IMG/VR virus record: IMGVR_UViG_3300050821_007659
Span: 7,904-71,903 of that record
Origin: a virus
Length of the DNA stretch: 64,000 bases
Direction: 5' to 3' (one strand)
A program made the translations under genes and the position numbers. The notes below the pieces were generated by a model. It ran no database searches. It saw nothing but the letters and a program-made list of their open reading frames with translations, and was not told the origin of the DNA. Shown one piece after another: positions 48,263-58,570 of the stretch (its first letter is position 1; the number at the start of each line of letters is the position of its first letter).

Positions 48263-48421
48263 TCGCGGATGTGCTGCAGTGGCTGGCGGGCCCCGGGTTC
48301 GCGCCGTTCTTCGAGCGCTGGGATCAGTTTGAGCATCGCTCAGCCGTGGAGTTCCGGCAGCGCTATCTGATCAGGGCGTTGCGCGGTTTTGTGCCGGTAA
48401 AGTAACTCCAGGAGTAGTGCC

Positions 48422-50092
48422 ATTACTGTCCGGTCGGTAATTGACGTCGAGGTGAACGACGGCGAGTTCCAGCGCTTTCAAGAGTTGTTCAACAAGTACC
48501 AGGAGCAACTCGCCAAGACTCCTAGCGCCTGGGCCAAGGTCTCCAAAGAAAACGCAGTTACCGCCTCGAACTTCGAGCGCATTGCCGCCGCTCTGATGGC
48601 GCAAAATCGCATCAGCCATGAGGCGGCCGAGGCCAACAAGGCGCAGGCGAAGCACCTGACCTTGAGCGAGCGCCTGTGGACCAGCATGGCGCACTCCACC
48701 AAGGATGTGGCCAAGAGCATCCTGGGGGCCACGGAGGGGCTCTTGAAGTGGTCCGGTATCTTGGGCGCCGTCGGTGGCTTGCTCGGCGCCGGTGGTCTGT
48801 GGGGCATCGATCGCATGGCCATGGCAGCGGCCGGCCAGCGCAGTTCCGGCATGGGCCTTGGGATGTCCACCGGCGCGCAGAAGGCCTTCAACATCAACTT
48901 TGGCGGCGGGCGGCTGCTGGACAACGCGGATGCGTTTTTGGATTGGGTCAACCAGATGGAGACCGACCGGTCCAAGCAGGGGCCGGCCTACGCGCTGACC
49001 CGCGGCGTGGGTTTGTCAGGCGACACTGAGAAGGATGCGCTGCGCCTGATGAAAGGGATTCGGACCCTGGCACAGCAAACGGAACTCGGCAATCTCGGCA
49101 CCATCATGGGCGGCTTCGGCGCGCCCTTGAGCTCGGCCGAGCAGCGGCGCTTCAAGACGATGGGCAATCCGGAATATGGCGGCTTGTTCATGAACTATGC
49201 GAAGGATGCGACCAGGCTGAACACGCCGGATGACATCGGCAAGAAGTGGGCTGATTTCACGCAGCAGATGGAGCGAGCAGGGCAATCGATCTTCAACACG
49301 TTTGTGAAAGGTCTCGCGCCACTGGCCGATCCGCTGGCGCATTTGTCAGCCGGAATCGTAAAGTTCACCGAGACTTTGCTGAAGAGCGATCTCGTCAAGG
49401 ACGCCATCAACAATCTGGCGAGTTGGCTGGAAAAGTTCTCCGGCACCATCAGTGCGCCCGCGTTTCTGGATGATGTGAAGACGTTCACCTCGGATGTGGG
49501 AGATCTCGCGGATGCGATTCACACGATTACGCATCCGGGGCAGGCGATAGCGAATTTCGGCTCCAACATCAAATCATTCTTTGCTCCCACCCCAGACGAT
49601 CTCAAATCTCATCCAGGCCTGATGCAGAGGTATATGGGCCGGCTGGATTCGCATTTTGATCTGCCAACAGGATTAGTCGAGACCGTAAAGGCGCTTGAGA
49701 ATTCTGCGGCGAATGCCGTTTCTCCTAAAGGTGCAATGGGGGTCATGCAGTTGATGCCGGGGACGGCTGCGCAATATGGCGCTACCAATCCATTTGATCC
49801 AGTCCAGAATCTGAACGCGGGCGCGAAATATCTGGCGCATCTCGAAGATCGATATCACGGCGATATTGCAAAGGTGCTTGCGGCCTACAACTACGGCGAA
49901 GGCAGACTGGATAAGTTGATTTCCGAGCACCCAAAGGACTGGGGGCAGCAGTTGCCGCGCGAAACTCGCCAATATCTGATGAACGCGAATCCCCTGCTGG
50001 CAGCCTATGGATCTCCAATCAGGGTAGACGTAACCATTCATTCGCCGCCCGGCACCTCTGCGACCGCCACCGTGAATGCACTGGCGCACTGA
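48422..50092 (+). CDS. Tape measure protein with a C-terminal lytic transglycosylase (SLT) domain
   Basis: Helical body; EN...AVSPKGAMGVMQLMP...AAYNYG SLT motifs; probable ATT start at 48422 (ORF track uses GTG 48452). Confidence 0.88.
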   Translation: MTVRSVIDVEVNDGEFQRFQELFNKYQEQLAKTPSAWAKVSKENAVTASNFERIAAALMAQNRISHEAAEANKAQAKHLTLSERLWTSMAHSTKDVAKSILGATEGLLKWSGILGAVGGLLGAGGLWGIDRMAMAAAGQRSSGMGLGMSTGAQKAFNINFGGGRLLDNADAFLDWVNQMETDRSKQGPAYALTRGVGLSGDTEKDALRLMKGIRTLAQQTELGNLGTIMGGFGAPLSSAEQRRFKTMGNPEYGGLFMNYAKDATRLNTPDDIGKKWADFTQQMERAGQSIFNTFVKGLAPLADPLAHLSAGIVKFTETLLKSDLVKDAINNLASWLEKFSGTISAPAFLDDVKTFTSDVGDLADAIHTITHPGQAIANFGSNIKSFFAPTPDDLKSHPGLMQRYMGRLDSHFDLPTGLVETVKALENSAANAVSPKGAMGVMQLMPGTAAQYGATNPFDPVQNLNAGAKYLAHLEDRYHGDIAKVLAAYNYGEGRLDKLISEHPKDWGQQLPRETRQYLMNANPLLAAYGSPIRVDVTIHSPPGTSATATVNALAH

Positions 50093-50095
50093 CCC

Positions 50096-50842
50096 ATGAG
50101 CTTCAGTGCAGGTCGCGCTGCGTGGATGATCGCCATGCAGCTATCGCCGATCGTCCTGACGCGCGGGATTGCGGCCAGCCTCGGGGGCGCGCTGCCGATC
50201 GTGGCGCTCACCGAAGGCGCCAACTTCATCGGCCAGATCGGCAACCTCATCAACGCCTTCTCAGGCGCCCCGCCGAACCTTGAGGACTTCTTCGCGCACT
50301 TCGATGTGCTGCCCGGGGGCACGCTGATCAACAATCAGGCGGCCACCATGCCGTTCGCCAACCAGTCGGTTGCGGCCAACGCCATCATCACGCAGCCGCT
50401 CAATATCTCGCTGAAGATGGTCTGCCCCGCGCGCAACCTGGCCGGCGTGTTCACAAAGCTCGCCACCTTGATGGCGCTCAAACTGACGCTCGCGCAGCAC
50501 AACAACCTCGGCGGCACCTACACGATCATGACGCCAGCGGGCATCTTCAACGACTGCATCATGACGCCGGCCATGCGCGATATCACGGGCGGCAGCGGAG
50601 ACCAGAAACAGCAGGAGTGGCAGTTGGACTTCCTGCAGCCGCTCGTGACGCTGGATGCGGCGCAGAATGCCTTGAACGGGCTGATGCAAAAGCTCACCAA
50701 TGGCACGGCCCTGAGCGGTACGCCGAGCTGGCTCACCGGCGCGGGGCTGCCGGTTGGCAATCCGCTCAGCCTCCTGTCCTCGAGTCTCGTGCCGCAGTCA
50801 TCGTTGGGGGCGGGTTCCGCGCTGCAAGCGGCCACACAGTGA
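50096..50842 (+). CDS. Baseplate / tube initiator protein
   Basis: Position after the tape measure gene. Confidence 0.65.
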   Translation: MSFSAGRAAWMIAMQLSPIVLTRGIAASLGGALPIVALTEGANFIGQIGNLINAFSGAPPNLEDFFAHFDVLPGGTLINNQAATMPFANQSVAANAIITQPLNISLKMVCPARNLAGVFTKLATLMALKLTLAQHNNLGGTYTIMTPAGIFNDCIMTPAMRDITGGSGDQKQQEWQLDFLQPLVTLDAAQNALNGLMQKLTNGTALSGTPSWLTGAGLPVGNPLSLLSSSLVPQSSLGAGSALQAATQ

Positions 50843-51321
50843 GCACGTTTGTTGACTTCACGCCGTCCACGACGGAAGTCTTTGCATTCCAGCCCACGCT
50901 TTCGAATGGCGTGCAATACGCCGCGACCGTGACCTGGAATGTCTTTGGGCAACGCTGGTATCTCACGCTGGCGGATCTGCAGGGTAATCAGATCGTGACG
51001 CGCGCGCTGTGTGCCAGCGGCCCGCAATTGCCGGGCTCTTTCACCTGGGATGACGGCGTGGCGAGCGTCACGACGACGGGCAACCACAACGTTCCGATCG
51101 CCTCGCAGGCAGCGATCCGGGTGCTGCAGACCGACAGCGGTTTTGACGGGCAGTACCTTGCGCTTGCAACGGATGCCGCTGCCTTCACTTACCCGTTGCC
51201 AACGGACCCGGGGCAGTCGGCCCCGATCAGCGGGACCGTGAGCTTCGATCTGGATCTACTGGCCGGGTATGGCATCGGGTCGCTTTTCTTCCACTACGAG
51301 ACGCAACAGTTCGAATTCTGA
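50839..51321 (+). CDS. Baseplate protein
   Basis: VTWNVFGQRWYL motif; GTGA-coupled. Confidence 0.65.
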   Translation: MSTFVDFTPSTTEVFAFQPTLSNGVQYAATVTWNVFGQRWYLTLADLQGNQIVTRALCASGPQLPGSFTWDDGVASVTTTGNHNVPIASQAAIRVLQTDSGFDGQYLALATDAAAFTYPLPTDPGQSAPISGTVSFDLDLLAGYGIGSLFFHYETQQFEF

Positions 51322-51327
51322 TTTGCT

Positions 51328-52341
51328 GTGAGATATTACGAGCTAACCTGTAGTGACCCCCAGACGGGCGATATCTGGAAGCCCAACTCTACAGACGGAA
51401 AATTGACCAAGAGCGCAGGCGGCTCGACATTCTCCAGCGTCCTGAATGGCAAGAACAATCCGGGCGCACTTAACATCGAGTTTGACCTGCCGAACGTAGT
51501 GCTCGCCAATCCGCAAGGGCAGGCGATCATTCGCGTGTGGGGCGTCGGGCTACAGATGCTCGGACAGGCAGCCGATCTGAACGGACAGAACTTCGTATTG
51601 CGCGCCGGCATGGGCAAGGGACTGCCACTTGCGAATCCGGCGCAGGCGGGCGTGATCGTTCAGGGGCAGATTTTCCAGGCCTTCGGCAATTGGCAGGGCA
51701 CCAATCAAACATTGGATTTGGTCTGCAATCCCGGAGCGCTGCTGCCCGATCAGAATGTCTCGTTCACGTGGAAGGCGGGCAAGACGCTGGCCAGCGCGTT
51801 GTTCGCAACGTTGGCGCAGGCCTTTCCGACCTACAAGGCCAAGATCAATATCTCGCCCAGCTTGGTGCTGGCGAGCGATGAGTACGGCCACTACGACACA
51901 CTCGCCGACTTCGCGGATTACATTTCCCAGATCAGCAAAATGGTCGGCGGAAAGGCGGTCGGCCCCGACTATCCCGGCGTTGATTTCCACATCGCCGGTG
52001 ACACGATCACGGTGACCGATCAAACGACGCCTCCCAAACTCGTGCAGTTGGCCTTCCAGGATCTGATTGGCCAGCCAACGTGGATCGGCGCCACTGCGAT
52101 CAGCTTCAAAACGGTGCTGCGTGCGGACATCTCTGTCGGCGATCAGGTGCAGTTCCCGCAAGGCGTGGTGCTGCCCTACGCACTCACCTCCGCCAAGGCG
52201 GCGATCCCGAACGCGCCTTCGCGCAGCAAGATTGCCTTCCAGGGGAAGTTCGTTATCAACGAGGTGCATTACTTCGCCAACTTCCGGCAGCCTGATGCGG
52301 ACAGTTGGAATACGTCATTCACGGCGGTGTCGGCCTCATGA
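51328..52341 (+). CDS. Baseplate hub protein
   Basis: Size and position; DLIGQPTW and NFRQPD. Confidence 0.7.
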   Translation: MRYYELTCSDPQTGDIWKPNSTDGKLTKSAGGSTFSSVLNGKNNPGALNIEFDLPNVVLANPQGQAIIRVWGVGLQMLGQAADLNGQNFVLRAGMGKGLPLANPAQAGVIVQGQIFQAFGNWQGTNQTLDLVCNPGALLPDQNVSFTWKAGKTLASALFATLAQAFPTYKAKINISPSLVLASDEYGHYDTLADFADYISQISKMVGGKAVGPDYPGVDFHIAGDTITVTDQTTPPKLVQLAFQDLIGQPTWIGATAISFKTVLRADISVGDQVQFPQGVVLPYALTSAKAAIPNAPSRSKIAFQGKFVINEVHYFANFRQPDADSWNTSFTAVSAS

Positions 52342-52970
52342 GCAGCGAGCAGAAGATACCGCTGTCGCGCGCGCTAAGTGCCTTCACGCGCAGCAAGGCG
52401 TTGAGTGAGATCGTCAAGCGCTGGCGCGTACTGCCGGGGCACGTGGTGGCGGTCGCAGGCTCGATCGTCACCATCAATTTCGATGTGCAGGGGCAGACGC
52501 TGCCGCAGGTGACCATGCCGCTCGCGGGCCCGGAGTACATACGCTATCCCATCCAGGTGGGGGACATGGGCGTTGCTTTGCCCGCCTCCGTCTATCTCGG
52601 GGGTGTGAGCGGGCTCGGCGGCGGAATGGCTGATAAGACGCTGCGGGGTAATCTTGCGACGTTGTGGTGGGTACCAATCAGTAACGCCAACTGGTCTGCG
52701 GTCGATCCGAACGCGGTCACGATCTACGGGCCGAATGGCGTGGCGCTCATGGACACCGCCGGCCACACAAAAGCAACCCTAACACCTGCAGGACTCGCCG
52801 TCACCGCACAGACCTCGATATCGCTCACCGTCGGATCTCACAACATCACGATCGACTCGGCCGGCGTACACATCGATGGGCGCCTGTTCCTGGCACACGA
52901 GCACACGCCGGGTACGTATGCAGAAAGCGGCGGTTCTGCGGTCACGGGCAACAGCGGCGGTGTGGTCTGA
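52338..52970 (+). CDS. Baseplate central spike
   Basis: OB-like N-terminus (PIQVGDMG) and C-terminal HxH (AHEH) metal-binding tip. Confidence 0.8.
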   Translation: MSSEQKIPLSRALSAFTRSKALSEIVKRWRVLPGHVVAVAGSIVTINFDVQGQTLPQVTMPLAGPEYIRYPIQVGDMGVALPASVYLGGVSGLGGGMADKTLRGNLATLWWVPISNANWSAVDPNAVTIYGPNGVALMDTAGHTKATLTPAGLAVTAQTSISLTVGSHNITIDSAGVHIDGRLFLAHEHTPGTYAESGGSAVTGNSGGVV

Positions 52971-53344
52971 TGCCGCGAACTTGGGGCAGGGTGCCGCCCG
53001 TCCCGGGCGGTAAACCCACGATATGGGTTGAGGTATCGACTGACCCCAACGGAAATAATGACGGGGTGTGGTTGACAACACTCGCGCAGACGCTGCTGCT
53101 CAACCTCGGAGAAAGCCCGTTCAATGCGTCGTTGGGGATTCCGGCCGTGCCGGATGTCATGCAGCAGGTATTTCCGGACTACTACGTGACGCAGATCCAG
53201 CAGATCTATGCGCCGTACTTTGCCTCCTTGAAGATAACGAAACGTGCCACCTCCACGCCCACCTACGACATCCTGGCGATCACGCACCAGGGTGTGGTGC
53301 TGAGCAAGAGCGTATCGCCTACCAGCAGCAACATCCCGGTATAA
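52970..53344 (+). CDS. Baseplate wedge (gp25-like)
   Basis: LNLGESPF...GIP motif; position. Confidence 0.7.
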   Translation: MPRTWGRVPPVPGGKPTIWVEVSTDPNGNNDGVWLTTLAQTLLLNLGESPFNASLGIPAVPDVMQQVFPDYYVTQIQQIYAPYFASLKITKRATSTPTYDILAITHQGVVLSKSVSPTSSNIPV

Positions 53345-53345
53345 C

Positions 53346-54566
53346 ATGCCAACCGCCTTCAGCTACAACTTCCCGGTCGTGCTGACGGCGAACGGGCTGC
53401 AGCCACAAAGCCCGCAGTCCCTATTGGATCAGCTGGTCGCGAACGTGACCGTGAGCGCTCCGGGCTACACGATATTGCCCTCGGGATTGGTTGACGATAT
53501 CAGCGGCACGGATGTCGCCGCGATCTCGCTGATTGACCAGGCGAAGGTGGAGACGGTCAATTCTCTGACCCCCTACGGCGCCAACGTCTTCACGCTGCAG
53601 CAGTTGGGCCAGATCTACATTGGGCAGCCGCAGCCAGGCCAGACGACGAACACCTCCGTGCTGGTGGTCTTTACCTCCGTGAGTTACGGGCTCGTGATCC
53701 CTCAGGGAATCTTGGTCGGGGACGGCACGAACGTCTTCCAAACGCAGACGGGCGGGGTCATCAATAGCCTCGGCAACAGCGCGCCCATCCTGGCCGTTGC
53801 CGTCACTCCGGGGTCCACCTTCGGAGTGCCGCTCAATACTGTGATTCATATCTTGAGCTCGGTACCCGCCGGGCTCGGCGTGAACAATCCCACCGCCGGC
53901 ACGCCCGGGGGGGCCTTCGAAACATACTATTCGTATCGCACGCGAGTCTTGCAGGCGGGACTGGTGGCCTGCGTGGGAACGCCCCGCTGCATCAAGACAC
54001 TGATCGGAAAACTGCAACCGGCACAGGCGAACCTCATCGCGGTGCAGCCCGCCAGCGGTGGTCTGCGCGTCATCGTCGCCGTGAACGCAGATCTAAACGA
54101 TATTGCCTACGCGATTTTTTCCTCGGTTGCAGATCCGGCCACATTGCAGGGTTCTGCGGTGTCCTCAGGACGGAATGTCACGGTCAGCCTGTCTGATCCT
54201 CCGGATACATACAACATCCTCTTGGTCTCGGCACCTTTCCAGAATGTGACGATGGCCATCACATGGAACACGGTGCTGACGAGTTTCACGGGAGGTTCCG
54301 CTTTTGCCTCGTTGGTCCAGGCACCGCTGGCGGCCTACATCAATGGCCTTGGCATTGGGCAGGTTATCAACGTGCTCGAGATGGAAAGAATCTTCCAGCA
54401 AGCCGTAGCCGCCTCGCTTGATCCTGCGCTCCTGACGCGGCTGGTATTCGTCGTGTCGATTAACCTCACGCCAACGGCCCCCGCCTCGGGAACGTTTGCG
54501 ATCTCCGGAGATCCTGAGAGCTATTTCACCTGTCTGCCCAGCAACATCGTGGTTGCGCAGGGATAA
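53346..54566 (+). CDS. Baseplate J-like protein
   Basis: LQQLGQIY, IPQG and ETYYSYRTRV motifs. Confidence 0.8.
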   Translation: MPTAFSYNFPVVLTANGLQPQSPQSLLDQLVANVTVSAPGYTILPSGLVDDISGTDVAAISLIDQAKVETVNSLTPYGANVFTLQQLGQIYIGQPQPGQTTNTSVLVVFTSVSYGLVIPQGILVGDGTNVFQTQTGGVINSLGNSAPILAVAVTPGSTFGVPLNTVIHILSSVPAGLGVNNPTAGTPGGAFETYYSYRTRVLQAGLVACVGTPRCIKTLIGKLQPAQANLIAVQPASGGLRVIVAVNADLNDIAYAIFSSVADPATLQGSAVSSGRNVTVSLSDPPDTYNILLVSAPFQNVTMAITWNTVLTSFTGGSAFASLVQAPLAAYINGLGIGQVINVLEMERIFQQAVAASLDPALLTRLVFVVSINLTPTAPASGTFAISGDPESYFTCLPSNIVVAQG

Positions 54567-54572
54567 GAGTTT

Positions 54573-55226
54573 GTGCTGACGACCACAATCCCCGCGTATC
54601 TCTATCAGGAGTACGCGGACGATGACAATCTGCAGGCGTTCATCGATGCCTACAACCAAGCCACGCAAACCTACGTCGATTGGTTCAACACCGTCGGCCT
54701 GCCGTTCTATCCGGGACTGAACGGGCCGCTGCTCGACTGGGTGGTGCAGGGCCTCTACGGCATGACGCGGCCGTCATTCCTGTCACCTGCGATTGCGCTG
54801 GGGCCGCTCAACACCGTGCCTCTCAATACGCCGGGCTATCCGCTCAATGCCTTTACGCCGGCCGCCGGCTATTCGATCAGCGACGACGCATTCAAACGCA
54901 TCGTCACCTGGAATTTCTTCAAGGGCGACGGCAAGCGATTCTGCATGCGCTGGTTGAAGCGCCGTGTCATGCGCTTCCTGGTGGGCACCAATGGCCTGGA
55001 CCCGAATCCCGCGCTGCCGGGATTCATTGTGGGCACCGAGAACACGTCCGCCATCAGTGCGCACGTGGTGAGCGGCACACTGACAGTCGCCATCAGTCAA
55101 TCGCAATTGTCGGCCGTGGGGGGCGCCATGCCCGGGATTCTGAATCTGTTTCAGCTCGCCTTCCAAGGTGGCGTGCTCGATTTGCCCGCCCAATTTACTT
55201 CGTACATCGTCAGCATCAACCCGTGA
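54573..55226 (+). CDS. Baseplate wedge protein
   Basis: GPLLDW...LYG..R and DDAFKRIV; follows the J-like gene. Confidence 0.7.
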   Translation: MLTTTIPAYLYQEYADDDNLQAFIDAYNQATQTYVDWFNTVGLPFYPGLNGPLLDWVVQGLYGMTRPSFLSPAIALGPLNTVPLNTPGYPLNAFTPAAGYSISDDAFKRIVTWNFFKGDGKRFCMRWLKRRVMRFLVGTNGLDPNPALPGFIVGTENTSAISAHVVSGTLTVAISQSQLSAVGGAMPGILNLFQLAFQGGVLDLPAQFTSYIVSINP

Positions 55227-55236
55227 GGAGAGCGTC

Positions 55237-57450
55237 TTGACCCGCCGGCTGTACACCAACAGGACCTCTACGACTCTCGCGGCCGGCATTTCCAACACCG
55301 CTACGAGCCTCTCGGTGACGCCCGGCGGGGGGGCGTCATTTCCAAATCCCGGAGCGGGTTACGAATTCACGGCGACCTTGCAGAGCGCCACTACGCCTAG
55401 CATCAACGAAGTGGTTCTCGTGTCCGTTCGCTCGAGTGATGTGTTCACGATCGCGCGTGGCCAGGAAGGAACGACCGCACTGGCCTGGAGTGCCGGCGAT
55501 ATTCTGGCCCTCCTACCCACGGCCGGCGACATGGCCGCCTTCGCGCAGTTCGATGATTTGCAGGCGCAGGGGGCGAACTATGCGATCGACACCGGGGCGG
55601 CCAATGCCTACGTCGTAGGGCTCACGCCTGCGGTCACGAGTCACGTCGTCGGCATGCCGATCCGCTGGAAGGCCACGCACGCCAACGTGGCGGGCGCCTC
55701 GACGTTCAACGACGGGGCGGGTGCAGCAGCCCTGGTGCTGAATTCGGGGACGCCACCACCCGCCGGTGCCATTCTTCCGGGCGCCCTCTACACCTCGGTC
55801 TGGAACGGCACGAGTTTCTTCCTGTATGGGTCGGTGACGGTCTACGGCTTGAGCGCCCAGGAGCTCGCGGCCACGGGCGGCACCTCTCCGGCCGATTACA
55901 GTTATCCGCCCGGGCACATACTGAGGTACGGGATCAACACGACTCCGGGCACCACCGACATGACGGCGGCCTTCAATGCGGCCTGCATGTACACCACGCC
56001 GTATACGCTGCCCGGCATGTTGGCCGACATCAACGCCCCGCCTGGCCAGTACGCGATCAACGGCACGGTCTACGTACGCAAGGGCCAACGGATTCGCGGC
56101 TCGAGCGCTGGCACCTACATCGTCTGCAACAACTCAGGAACCGGGCCCACCTTTCAGATGGGCTGGGGTCTCATCGGTGGGACGCCGACTCCGGACTCAG
56201 GCGGCCAGCCCGTATCGATTGAGAGTCTGTTCCTGCTGGGTGGCCCGGCGACAGGAACCATTTCGCTCAACAGTATCGCGGGCGCCTTCGTCAGAGACAT
56301 CTTCTTCAGCGGTCCGGGAGTGGGGATCTCGATCACCGCGGCCGGTGATATCAATATCCAGAACGTCATTTTCGATCAGGGCCAGAATGGCATCGTGATC
56401 AACAATGGCAGCAACATCCAGGCGTCGTTGATGAAGTTCTACTTGATGCACTTCGATCTCACGATCAACAGCGACACCTACGACTGTCAGTTCTCCGACT
56501 GCCACAGCGAGTACAACCAGTTCACGAGTGTCCTCTTCGGGGATAGCCAGACCCACATCCGCAATATTCGGTTCACCAATTGGATGTGTGTCTACAATGC
56601 CCAATTCGGCACGTACACCGGCGCAATCGAGAACCGCTCGGTGGGTACGGTCGCCGGGTTCGTAGGCTGCAGCTTCAACAACATGCCCGGGGCGGCCTAT
56701 CAGTGCAGTGCGGGTAGCGGTTCAGATATTGAGTTCGCAAACTGCACGTTCGATGGGAATGCCACGCGCCTCCTGTCCCCGCCGTATACCCAGTCTACGA
56801 CGGCCGCGGCGATCGCCACCGCCAACGAGAGCGTGCGCTGCGTCGGCTGTACGATCAAGAATATGCCGGCAGGAAATCCGATCTCGATGGGCGGATCTTC
56901 GGCTGCCTCGACGCTCGAGTTAGAGAACTGCAAGTGGTTCGGCAATAACGCCAGTTTCTCGCTGGTCAACATTTCGGCGACGGTGGCGGGCGCGTTTCGG
57001 GCATCCGGCTGCAAGGGCGATGCCACGCAGCAGCTGGTCAACGTGCAACTGCCGATCCCCGTGAGCATTCGCAACTGCGAAGACTGGTTTGGTGTCATCA
57101 GCTCAACCGGCTCTAGTCATGTCGTGACGGTGCCCTATCAGCGCAGTAACACCTACCAGATCACCTTGCGGGCGAATATGAATTTCACCGGGAATTCTGA
57201 TTACCGCAAATGTATCGTCACGTACGCCGTCAAGAGCAACGACTTCACGGGCAGTACGCCGACCTCCTATATCGATACCGCCGTCGCCGTTCAGGGTGCA
57301 GCTCACGGCAATGGGGCGATGACACTCGTGGTTGAGTTTGGCGCAGTCGGTGGAAATACGAACATTCCATTGTCTAACTCAGGCGTGCTCGCGATCAGCT
57401 GGCCCAATACCTACTCGAGCGAGAGCGTTGAGATACACCAGCTCATATGA
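55237..57450 (+). CDS. Tail fibre or tailspike with a beta-helix domain
   Basis: N-terminal TIARGQEGTTA baseplate-attachment pattern; YAIDTGAANAY; DMTAAFNAA...PPGQY beta-helix cap. Confidence 0.82.
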   Translation: MTRRLYTNRTSTTLAAGISNTATSLSVTPGGGASFPNPGAGYEFTATLQSATTPSINEVVLVSVRSSDVFTIARGQEGTTALAWSAGDILALLPTAGDMAAFAQFDDLQAQGANYAIDTGAANAYVVGLTPAVTSHVVGMPIRWKATHANVAGASTFNDGAGAAALVLNSGTPPPAGAILPGALYTSVWNGTSFFLYGSVTVYGLSAQELAATGGTSPADYSYPPGHILRYGINTTPGTTDMTAAFNAACMYTTPYTLPGMLADINAPPGQYAINGTVYVRKGQRIRGSSAGTYIVCNNSGTGPTFQMGWGLIGGTPTPDSGGQPVSIESLFLLGGPATGTISLNSIAGAFVRDIFFSGPGVGISITAAGDINIQNVIFDQGQNGIVINNGSNIQASLMKFYLMHFDLTINSDTYDCQFSDCHSEYNQFTSVLFGDSQTHIRNIRFTNWMCVYNAQFGTYTGAIENRSVGTVAGFVGCSFNNMPGAAYQCSAGSGSDIEFANCTFDGNATRLLSPPYTQSTTAAAIATANESVRCVGCTIKNMPAGNPISMGGSSAASTLELENCKWFGNNASFSLVNISATVAGAFRASGCKGDATQQLVNVQLPIPVSIRNCEDWFGVISSTGSSHVVTVPYQRSNTYQITLRANMNFTGNSDYRKCIVTYAVKSNDFTGSTPTSYIDTAVAVQGAAHGNGAMTLVVEFGAVGGNTNIPLSNSGVLAISWPNTYSSESVEIHQLI

Positions 57451-57500
57451 GCGGATTGAGGCGAATGCCCGGCCAAAACATGACTTGCGAGGGGGACAGG

Positions 57501-57902
57501 ATGGCAATCCCAGTCGATGCGGATGGACCCACCTGGAAGTGGGTGGCGGTAAGCGCCCTGGCAGTCGTTCAAATCCTTTTCGGGTGGATGGCCAAGGGCG
57601 TCAAGGACGAGCTGAAATCCCAGGGCAGCCGACTCGACCGCATGGACGATCTGCATCGCACCTATGTCACGCGAGATGAGCTGGAGCGGCACTCCGAACG
57701 GTTGGAGGCCTCGAGCTTGCGGATGCACGCGGACAACAAGGAGACCAACCGCGAGATGAAGGAAACCATGCAGCGCATCGAGGAGAAGCTCGAGCATGGG
57801 GGCCAGACGCGACACGGTATTCTCGATGGAGTGAACGCGGTCCAACTGATGCTCCGGAGCACGTTGGAGCAGCTCAAGCAGGAGAGGACGCGTAAGCCAT
57901 GA
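57501..57902 (+). CDS. TM + coiled-coil protein (lysis region)
   Basis: N-terminal TM helix followed by a coiled coil. Confidence 0.6.
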   Translation: MAIPVDADGPTWKWVAVSALAVVQILFGWMAKGVKDELKSQGSRLDRMDDLHRTYVTRDELERHSERLEASSLRMHADNKETNREMKETMQRIEEKLEHGGQTRHGILDGVNAVQLMLRSTLEQLKQERTRKP

Positions 57903-58375
57903 GCGAGGAGGGCGATTCCCCCGGAACAGCAGGCGGCGTTGAGGAAACAACCGCAAAGTTAGCCCGCACCGCGTTCAGCATCGACGGCGTGGCGCACCGG
58001 TTGGCTGATCTGATCGAGGCCTTCAGGGGCTACATGGAGAAGCGCAGTGCCTCCATGCACCGGGTGGCCATTAGCATCGGCGGCTCCATGTTCCTCGTGA
58101 TCGTGGCGCTGCTGCTGGTGATTGGTGCCTGCGGTGTTGTAATAGGGATGGATATCGCTGACCGATCTGCGCAGCAACGCGAATGGGCGCGAGACACGGC
58201 GCAACTCACCGAGAAGATGGACGATTTGCGGCGGCAGTACCGTATGACGGAATTAAAACTAGATGACTGGAGCGTGGTCGGCCACCGAGCCGGTCTAGCT
58301 CTTCCGGGGGACTACACGCGAGGGCCACAAGGTAACTTGGATTCTGAATCGTTCACCAAGCCGAAGGAGAAATGA
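57899..58375 (+). CDS. Membrane protein (lysis region)
   Basis: Central TM helix and coiled coil. Confidence 0.6.
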   Translation: MSEEGDSPGTAGGVEETTAKLARTAFSIDGVAHRLADLIEAFRGYMEKRSASMHRVAISIGGSMFLVIVALLLVIGACGVVIGMDIADRSAQQREWARDTAQLTEKMDDLRRQYRMTELKLDDWSVVGHRAGLALPGDYTRGPQGNLDSESFTKPKEK

Positions 58376-58569
58376 TCATGGGTGCTGGAGGGATCATTCA
58401 AGACAGAGCAGCCGTGCTGCTCACGGCCGCACAGGCTACTTCGATGTATGACTCGATGACCGACGACCAGCGCGATGCGGTCGATGCCGTCGCATCGAAG
58501 GGGCCAGCTGACCGTACGCAGGCGGATATCAACTGTCTGCTGGATTGTCTGGCAGTCGCGCGCTGCTGA
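58372..58569 (+). CDS. Hypothetical protein
   Basis: AAGGAG RBS; coupled ORF. Confidence 0.55.
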   Translation: MIMGAGGIIQDRAAVLLTAAQATSMYDSMTDDQRDAVDAVASKGPADRTQADINCLLDCLAVARC

Positions 58570-58570
58570 T

